Source: Candidatus Iainarchaeum sp. (GTDB taxonomy: Archaea > Iainarchaeota > Iainarchaeia > Iainarchaeales > Iainarchaeaceae). From it: 20,540 nt of DNA. This document shows, in pieces, positions 15,401 through 20,540 of this stretch. Location of the stretch: positions 1 to 20,540 of the forward strand of contig JBDRLP010000005.1 of the NCBI GenBank assembly GCA_043812975.1. The letters run 5' to 3'. Every line of letters begins with the position of its first letter. The stretch's first letter is position 1. The notes beneath the pieces were generated by a model that saw nothing but the letters and a program-made list of their open reading frames with translations, was not told the DNA's origin and did not search any database. Both the position numbers and the translations under genes were made by a program.

Positions 15401-18400
15401 AGTTGCAGTTGTTCCAGGAGTATTTCCATTTTGTCTTGTAAGTTCATTTTGAACAGCATTGCCTACTTTTTTATCGTTAGAATCACGCCAGTTACCTTTA
15501 TCATCGACTGTATAAGTTCCCGAGTCCACTATGTTATCTTCATCAGGTCCATTATTATTGTTATTATTATTCTGAGGCTGACCAACATCGTCTTCCTTAG
15601 GGTTTCCGAAAATTGTTACATCTGGATCTGACCAGTTAGATAGCATTACTGCTGCCATTGCAGCAAGACCCCATAGTGCGCCGTCATGTAAAGCGTCCAT
15701 AAAGTCTTTGGTTTTTACACGAACCTCGACTGGTTTTTCAACACAGCCATTGGTTAGGCTAGCTACATCAAAACCATCAAACTCATAGTCTGGATCATCA
15801 TAAACATCAAACTCGTACTTGGATAATTGCCAGCACCCAGGTGCATTAATTATTACTTTCAGGTTCTTGACTAATTGATCTCTTCGGTCAGAACTGAATT
15901 GTGGTGAAATGTAAACCGCGTATTGTCCTGGGTAATTATCTTCTGCAAAAATTTCAAGGGTCTGGCTTTCTCCGGGTTGTAAAGTGAATCCTTGGGTTGG
16001 TGAACTAACCAAGACAGATTCTACTTCAAACTCTACTGGTTCGCCGCAGCTTTCATCAGCTGTTATTGTAAAAGCACCGCTTTCCATTTTGTTAATCACA
16101 ATTCTTTCCTTGTCATAGTTCACGCATTGTGCAAGGTTCACGGAAGTTATGGTTGTTTTAATCATGTTTTGTAATATTTGGTCTTCTCCATCAAGCGGAT
16201 TACTTGCCTGAATAATTATATCAGCTTCTCCAACACCATTAACTCCGCCGAATGGAGTGAATGTAAGAATTGCGGTGAGGGTTTGTTCTGGTTTTAATGT
16301 TCCAAGCATTAACCTAAAATAACCAGGTCTCAAAATAACTTCATCTGCTCCAAAGTTGAGTGTGTATTCTCCTAACTGGTTAGTGTTCCATTTAACCATT
16401 GCTTCTAAATCCTGTAAAGCAACCGGTGTTCCTCCGACAGTACAATTGTTCTGTATCTGGAACTCTGTTCTTTTTGGCGATCCGGAAGTAGTTGTAGTCC
16501 ATTCGCTTCTTGTTATTACTAAACAGGTTGGATCATCAACTTCGTTTCCTAAACCGATTGCAATTTTTACCGGTACTTTAAAGACCCATTCCTGACCGAA
16601 GTTACCAACAATTATTACAAGTTCTCCGTCTAAATCAGTTCTTTCTCCAAGGTTCTGTGCATCTTCTGTTAATGCTGTTTTTAGTATAAGTTCTTGTTTT
16701 TCTTCAGAACCAATTGTTAATCCTTTGTAAGAATTTTCAAGCCAGTTTCTTACAACAACTTTGTCAATTAAATTTCTGAAATTCCCCTGCAGTTTAATGT
16801 CTTTAATGGTTAATGCATAAGGAGCAAGATTTCTTACTTCAAATTTGTTATCTGAAGTCATTTTGTTCTTAGTATTCAGACTAACCCCTATTTGTGCAGG
16901 TTTTATTTCAAGTAAATCAGCACTTACTGTTAATTTTACTTCTTTGAAATTATAATTTGGTTTTTCAACCTCAACTATAAGAGTTTCTCCGGGTGCCTGT
17001 GCAGGCAATGTTAGTTTTGCAATCCCTTCTTTGTCTGTTACATCCCAGTCGAGAATATTATTATGCCTGTCTCTTAGTCTTACAATTGCATGTTCTAATT
17101 CAAGTCTTGTTGCTTTATCAATAACTGTTACTGTAATGTCGTTTTGTACTCCTGATAAGTAAAGCTTTGGTTCCACATCAACTTCAAGTTCTTTTGGAGC
17201 TCCAATCATAATCGTCAGGTTTTTCTCAAATACAATTGCCTGATCAGAAACAAGCTGGATGGTTATAATTCCGTTGATTGCATTTTGTGGCGTGAAATCA
17301 GTTTCAAGCCTCACTGATTGTTTTTGCCTTAAGTTTCCAACAGGCTGTCTTTCAAATTCAAAGCCGTTAACTACTCCTTGTGTCTGGGCAGACTCGGCAT
17401 TAGTAAGTGTATACTCAAAGAACTTCAGGCTTTCATCAGGATTCTTAATCCTTAAGTTAGCGTTGTTGTGAATTCTTGTTTCAGAGTTATTTGCAATAAT
17501 GAAATTTAATTTGTATTGGTTGAATACTCTTGCTGAATAAGAATCAGTAACTGAGTCAATCAAATCTTCTTCCTTATCTGTTATTGTTGCTGTAAAGCAG
17601 AAGTCATTATCACAAAGAGTTATGATTCCAATTTGGAAAATTTCCTGTTTGGTATTTGAATAAAGTTCTCTTGAAACACTGTCATCCTGTGGGAATCTTT
17701 CTCTTCCGTTTGCGTCTCCCCATGCTCTGTAATACAAGAACAATTTGTCTGAAATTGCTGCTGATTCTTTTATGAAAATACGTGCTTCAACCTCATAAAC
17801 TCCTGGGAGTATTGCTCCTGGTGCTGAATCATCCCAGTGAAGATTTACCCATTTAGCATCATCAACTGTAAAGTCATAATCATCCTCATCCATGTTGCTT
17901 TCTTCAGGTTCAAACCTTGTTGCTCTTACCTGTGAAGTTCTTGGCGCATTAACTTCTCTTATCAGAAGCTTGTCTTTTTCCATTAAAACGTCTTTGCCTG
18001 TTCTTAAGTGAACTCCCAGTTCATCATAATCCTTGTCCTCAGGTACAAATAATTTGAATTTAGCCTTGTAAGTTTCTCCTGCTTTAACATTCTTTGCTCT
18101 TTGTCCATTAACAAATAATCCTTGGAATTCTAATTCAACAGTATTTCTCAGGATTGGTTTTTCAAGTATAACATCAAATTTCTGAACTGTAGAAATAATA
18201 ACTGGTTTTTTAGCAGTAATGTACTTTGCATACACATCTTCATCTTCTTTACTTACAATCAGATAAATTTTCTTGTTTGCTTTTAGTGTAAATTCTTTTG
18301 AACCGTTAGCGTCGGTAAAATCAGTTCCTATAAGTTCATTAGTTCTTGCGTCAAACAAGCCTATTGTTGCAAATGGAATTTCTCTTCCGAGTTTGTCCTT

Positions 18401-19993
18401 AACATTAACTCTTACAATTCCTTCTCCTATTTCCATTGTAACTGTAAGGTGTGGTTCATCGCTTTCTGTTCCGGAACTGTTGAAGTAAGAAACATCGCTT
18501 CTTCCTGAAAAGCCTTCTTTAAACGCAAATGCATAATAGTTTCCTGAACTAACTCCAAAGAATTCTGCTACTCCGTTAATATCGCTTGTCTTTGTTTTAA
18601 CATCTGCTACAAAGTTTGTTGAAGCATCATACAAGGCAACTGTTGCATTTTTTACAGGATTATTATCCTGGTCAACAACTTTTATTTTAAGGCTTCCGCA
18701 AGTACTTGGAGTACATCTTTCTAATTCAATTGTATTGAATGTTTCACTTATTTTCAGCCTGCTTACTTTTTCAATCTGATAAGAGTCTGCTGAAACAAGT
18801 GCATTGTATTCAACATCTCTGCTGATGTTAAATTTTATTTCTCCATTTTCAGGAGTTTCAAGTGTTGTTAATTCTTCGCTGCCTGTAGCAAAGAAAAGTT
18901 TTACTTTTGCTCCTTCAATTGGTTCATCGCTTGTTTTGTCAACAATTTTAAGTTTAATCTGTCCTCTGATTTCTTCTCTCAGGTTAAGTGCTACTGATTT
19001 TGTTTCGCCTGCTCCGACCGAAATTACGTTAGATGTTTGTTCTCCGTAAGAACCGGTTTCATCATAACTTTTAACAACATAATTTCCCGGAGCCATTGTA
19101 AAGCTTGCCTGTCCTGAGAAAGTATAATCCAGAGTTATTGGACCTACATTAGGGTTTGATAATAATTCTGAGTTCTTGTAAATATCAACTCTTATTCCAT
19201 CAACAGGGTTTCCTTCAGGATCATAAACATTAGTGATTATTGTTCCGTTTTCTGTTCTCGGAGATGATAAGTAAATAGAGTGATCATCACTCAGGATTCT
19301 TTCCCCATTAATCTCGACAAATGTATTTGAGTTTGTAACATCAACACTTAAACCATCGCAGGTGTTTGGAACACTAATAACTGCAACTCCGTTGTCTGCA
19401 GGAGATAAAGTTACTTGAGGTATCGTTGGAGCATAAGGATTATCACACCTGAATCTTAATGTGAAATTATCACTCACAGGCTGACCAAGATCATCCAGCA
19501 ACCTTATTGTTTTGAATGTAAAAGCCTCGCTTTCTTTCTGCATGAAAACGTCTTCGGCCTGAGGCAGTTCAAAAATTATGAATGTGTTTGTATAAGTCAG
19601 ATAATTATTTTTTTCAATTATTACTTCTATTGAGTCGCCTTCATTTATTCCTGTTATTCTTGCAATTCCAAGTTCATCTGTTTGTGTTGTAAGCAGAACA
19701 TCTCCATTACTCAGGAATATTACTTCTGCCTCATCCACGGGTCCTAGTGTATCTCTCACTGATAATGCAAGAGAATTATTACTGGTCACAAACACTATGC
19801 TGAATAATCCGAGAATAATAGCAAGAATAAGTATGGCTCCTAAAGTCAGGAGTAAAGCAAAACTTGGAACAATTTTATCAATAGGATCTATAATGCTGTA
19901 TACTGGAATAGATTCGTCAATTTTGTCCAGAAAGCTGTAATATTTTTCTTCCATTTGGAGGTAGAACTCTTTGAGTCCGTCTAGAATGCCCAA
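12449..19993 (-). CDS. Giant membrane-anchored surface protein, gene A (2514 aa): same chassis as B/C, low-complexity central insert, extra CARDB-like Ig domain near the C-terminus
   Basis: 7.5 kb ORF with a TTG start supported by a GGTGAT SD. TM segment FALLLTLGAILILAIILGLFSIVFV at about aa 45-69. Carboxypeptidase-regulatory-like repeats, e.g. GSLKIKVVDQDNNPVKNATVALYD...TSDINGVAEFFGVSSGNYYAFAFKEGF. Motifs shared with B include CTP(S/T)TCG, YCD..QF, DGYS.D, PFDGLVG, GYG..Y and F(F/W)WNPK. Confidence 0.93.
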   Translation of the reverse strand: MGILDGLKEFYLQMEEKYYSFLDKIDESIPVYSIIDPIDKIVPSFALLLTLGAILILAIILGLFSIVFVTSNNSLALSVRDTLGPVDEAEVIFLSNGDVLLTTQTDELGIARITGINEGDSIEVIIEKNNYLTYTNTFIIFELPQAEDVFMQKESEAFTFKTIRLLDDLGQPVSDNFTLRFRCDNPYAPTIPQVTLSPADNGVAVISVPNTCDGLSVDVTNSNTFVEINGERILSDDHSIYLSSPRTENGTIITNVYDPEGNPVDGIRVDIYKNSELLSNPNVGPITLDYTFSGQASFTMAPGNYVVKSYDETGSYGEQTSNVISVGAGETKSVALNLREEIRGQIKLKIVDKTSDEPIEGAKVKLFFATGSEELTTLETPENGEIKFNISRDVEYNALVSADSYQIEKVSRLKISETFNTIELERCTPSTCGSLKIKVVDQDNNPVKNATVALYDASTNFVADVKTKTSDINGVAEFFGVSSGNYYAFAFKEGFSGRSDVSYFNSSGTESDEPHLTVTMEIGEGIVRVNVKDKLGREIPFATIGLFDARTNELIGTDFTDANGSKEFTLKANKKIYLIVSKEDEDVYAKYITAKKPVIISTVQKFDVILEKPILRNTVELEFQGLFVNGQRAKNVKAGETYKAKFKLFVPEDKDYDELGVHLRTGKDVLMEKDKLLIREVNAPRTSQVRATRFEPEESNMDEDDYDFTVDDAKWVNLHWDDSAPGAILPGVYEVEARIFIKESAAISDKLFLYYRAWGDANGRERFPQDDSVSRELYSNTKQEIFQIGIITLCDNDFCFTATITDKEEDLIDSVTDSYSARVFNQYKLNFIIANNSETRIHNNANLRIKNPDESLKFFEYTLTNAESAQTQGVVNGFEFERQPVGNLRQKQSVRLETDFTPQNAINGIITIQLVSDQAIVFEKNLTIMIGAPKELEVDVEPKLYLSGVQNDITVTVIDKATRLELEHAIVRLRDRHNNILDWDVTDKEGIAKLTLPAQAPGETLIVEVEKPNYNFKEVKLTVSADLLEIKPAQIGVSLNTKNKMTSDNKFEVRNLAPYALTIKDIKLQGNFRNLIDKVVVRNWLENSYKGLTIGSEEKQELILKTALTEDAQNLGERTDLDGELVIIVGNFGQEWVFKVPVKIAIGLGNEVDDPTCLVITRSEWTTTTSGSPKRTEFQIQNNCTVGGTPVALQDLEAMVKWNTNQLGEYTLNFGADEVILRPGYFRLMLGTLKPEQTLTAILTFTPFGGVNGVGEADIIIQASNPLDGEDQILQNMIKTTITSVNLAQCVNYDKERIVINKMESGAFTITADESCGEPVEFEVESVLVSSPTQGFTLQPGESQTLEIFAEDNYPGQYAVYISPQFSSDRRDQLVKNLKVIINAPGCWQLSKYEFDVYDDPDYEFDGFDVASLTNGCVEKPVEVRVKTKDFMDALHDGALWGLAAMAAVMLSNWSDPDVTIFGNPKEDDVGQPQNNNNNNNGPDEDNIVDSGTYTVDDKGNWRDSNDKKVGNAVQNELTRQNGNTPGTTATVGSVSSATGGNTGGAAGGGEVITAVSVGLASGKYTYENTGKWAGVWRGPDGSITDAEKTGYLEMMWKQDMERRYSGEELEGIMAVPKDKTVTIPTTAKTAAAPNILGLPPIQGLISQYGNQPGYNQPGYNQPGYNQPGYNQGGYSSGRSSTGGAGGLLGGAGGLVQGVLGTSPWSALILGTVVGTLQSYNSQEDEISFTLLQKDAEIKDVTLVLGAGSLEQKDSDISLEVEGLGGRDSTPVVPQPLVNNPDLLSQGIETFRTIFTNASGFITEEQRPKYTQLKVKGVRHKYTDKTYDKEDFIDEEGGFLGFYDEDVLDKSKTELDEDSPQDLEQRFNLEFNSVPPMLETTETFSLLNCQAGTKTGSTGFDALPKVEFAWNWKEIQEDTCNEDNENGIYCDGTQFSIALLQKIKKLTDYVEQNGADFTCPSPREDEASTNEIGSYDIGVASLTNAKSGTEVDVIAQIKNTNPGIVNADVTLKVVPLGGDSIECADGAQELTVAAGGQETVRCTFSNLTEGFYEAAADLVPSINCENCEDIIATNTLTRTFYAGDTGLQACEPYSTSRLDLFLQASGITGTQAENLTALTKFNVTLMADGYSSDFQKDFDVAQNKGFFDAPDYYLNQTDGLGIYFSDPSLFGFDAYSQPDYSLPGPGTYAIVVDAEYADNTWKLFDSEGNPNAKINIRMEKLKGAEPDSPFYYTPFDGLVGTDSGRTGYGVNYAGDSILIDNAPSPIRTVEIAGSSPITNGELEVTMNDNFNKMQIGSERGVIAKLSRALGNPTLIFQPSNATPVILQIDKQTEGDAYAIYQAGIDGDAVDVGTTMTLWNGIGATCRGFDDRVMSQQQFVPDTHGISARCALVGQNERSKYTLEFCQDPINFGSVFYETVFYTPQDSDSYLQLVDASSDEATLIGSSETGKLVRLNGNGTTSNISSMEDVFELVKEGYVCLSNTNINTEFFWNPKTVLETIQNKKDAAIDACISS
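14978..15043 (-). repeat. 15-bp tandem repeat, 4 full units plus a partial, encoding (NQPGY)4-NQ
   Basis: Plus-strand units: ttgattgtatccggg / ttgattgtagcctgg / ttgattataaccggg / ttgattgtatccagg / ttgatt. The differences are synonymous. Confidence 0.95.
15551..15571 (-). repeat. Poly-Asn (N7) trinucleotide tract in the gene A insert
   Basis: Plus strand reads att att att gtt att att att; protein context QPQ-NNNNNNN-GPDED. Confidence 0.9.
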
Positions 19994-19998
19994 TAAAA

Positions 19999-20004
19999 AT
20001 CACC
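19999..20004 (-). promoter_or_regulatory. Archaeal-type Shine-Dalgarno (GGTGAT) for gene A
   Basis: The minus strand reads GGTGAT-TTTTA-TTG. GGTGAT is complementary to AUCACC near the 16S 3' end, with a 5-nt spacer. Confidence 0.8.
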
Positions 20005-20017
20005 AATTAACTGAAGT

Positions 20018-20033
20018 CCAATAATATTATTGG
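20018..20033. promoter_or_regulatory. Perfect 16-bp palindrome CCAATAATATTATTGG; candidate operator over the predicted gene A transcription start
   Basis: Exactly self-complementary, and lies 11-26 nt downstream of the TATA box. Confidence 0.55.
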
Positions 20034-20043
20034 CTTGTAGAGA

Positions 20044-20058
20044 TTATATAACTTTCTA
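20044..20058 (-). promoter_or_regulatory. BRE+TATA promoter (TAGAAAG-TTATATAA) of gene A
   Basis: A purine-rich BRE-like element directly 5' of TTATATAA. The predicted TSS at ~20020 leaves a short leader that contains the SD. Confidence 0.7.
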
Positions 20059-20079
20059 CTGCTTAATAAGCTTTATTAT

Positions 20080-20529
20080 TCACAATAAGCCATCTAAAGC
20101 AGTTATTGAGTCAAATCCAAACAAGAAACCAATAACCAAAGAAGTCACAATTATTATTGCCAGATAAGCAAATATTGATTCAGTTTCATCAAAGAAATTT
20201 TTCTTTCCTTTAAGATCAAGTTTTGCAAGTTGCCCCATAGATGTTCCGCCAATAAGTCCGAATAGAAGTGGCAATAACGCAAGAATTGCAAATAAGGGTC
20301 TTTCTGAAAAAGAACCTCCTATGAATGTCCCTGCAAAGAACATTAACAAAAAACTTAATCTTCCATAAAAGAGCGCTGAAAGGAAAAAAATTCCCAATGA
20401 AATTATTATCAGTTCAACTGCAGGGTGAAAAAAGAACTCTGTTTTGAGTTCTTCAAAAAACACGTTTACAGATATTGCTCCAAGTACATAGAAAATTATT
20501 CCCAGGATTATTGTAAGGCCTTTTGACAT
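20080..20529 (-). CDS. Small polytopic membrane protein (149 aa, ~4-5 TM), unknown function; faint SpoIIM/DUF95-like layout
   Basis: Very hydrophobic ORF with an ATG start and a weak upstream GTGAG. The family resemblance rests only on the helix and Gly pattern; the PHG..E motif is absent. Confidence 0.8.
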   Translation of the reverse strand: MSKGLTIILGIIFYVLGAISVNVFFEELKTEFFFHPAVELIIISLGIFFLSALFYGRLSFLLMFFAGTFIGGSFSERPLFAILALLPLLFGLIGGTSMGQLAKLDLKGKKNFFDETESIFAYLAIIIVTSLVIGFLFGFDSITALDGLL

Positions 20530-20540
20530 TAGCTCACGTT

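Noticed and set aside
7201..15459. Alternate-frame minus-strand ORFs 7201-7638, 11212-11415 and 15241-15459
   Set aside because: They are nested out of frame in genes B and A. The Leu/Gln/Lys-rich translations are what a shifted reading of the main frame gives. I saw no independent start signals, so they are not credible immunity or overlapping genes.
210..19049. About 30 short plus-strand ORFs (60-198 aa), including 4041-4637 and 6735-7253
   Set aside because: They lie antisense to the giant genes, have Ser/Leu/Phe/Pro-rich shadow composition, and recur at the duplication offset. They are by-products of the minus-strand coding sequence.

Overview
This AT-rich window is almost fully coding on the minus strand and looks archaeal: a GGTGAT Shine-Dalgarno, BRE/TATA-like promoters and many N-glycosylation sequons. 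DPANN, possibly Ca. Iainarchaeota/Diapherotrites, is an unverified inference. It holds a small 149-aa membrane protein followed by a tandem array of three giant paralogous membrane-anchored surface proteins: gene A (19993-12449, 2514 aa), gene B (12412-4751, 2553 aa) and gene C (4681 to beyond position 1, at least 1560 aa). Gene C is missing from the ORF track because it runs off the window. All three share one chassis: an N-terminal TM anchor, about 6 carboxypeptidase-regulatory-like beta-sandwich repeats and further Ig-like domains; A and B also show a Cys-rich unannotated C-terminal module. At the same internal position each carries a variable insert, which in A and B is 300-400 aa long and bracketed by two glycine-rich hydrophobic segments. 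In B the insert looks like a disulfide-pinned, roughly 11 nm antiparallel four-helix bundle. In A it is an unrelated low-complexity region with NQPGY repeats. B and C are a recent duplication whose stalks differ mostly by synonymous changes while the insert has diverged strongly. The best candidate for a new system is a 'conserved chassis + swappable membrane-active payload' family for host attachment or membrane penetration. That function is a hypothesis. No RNA genes, CRISPR arrays or mobile elements were seen.
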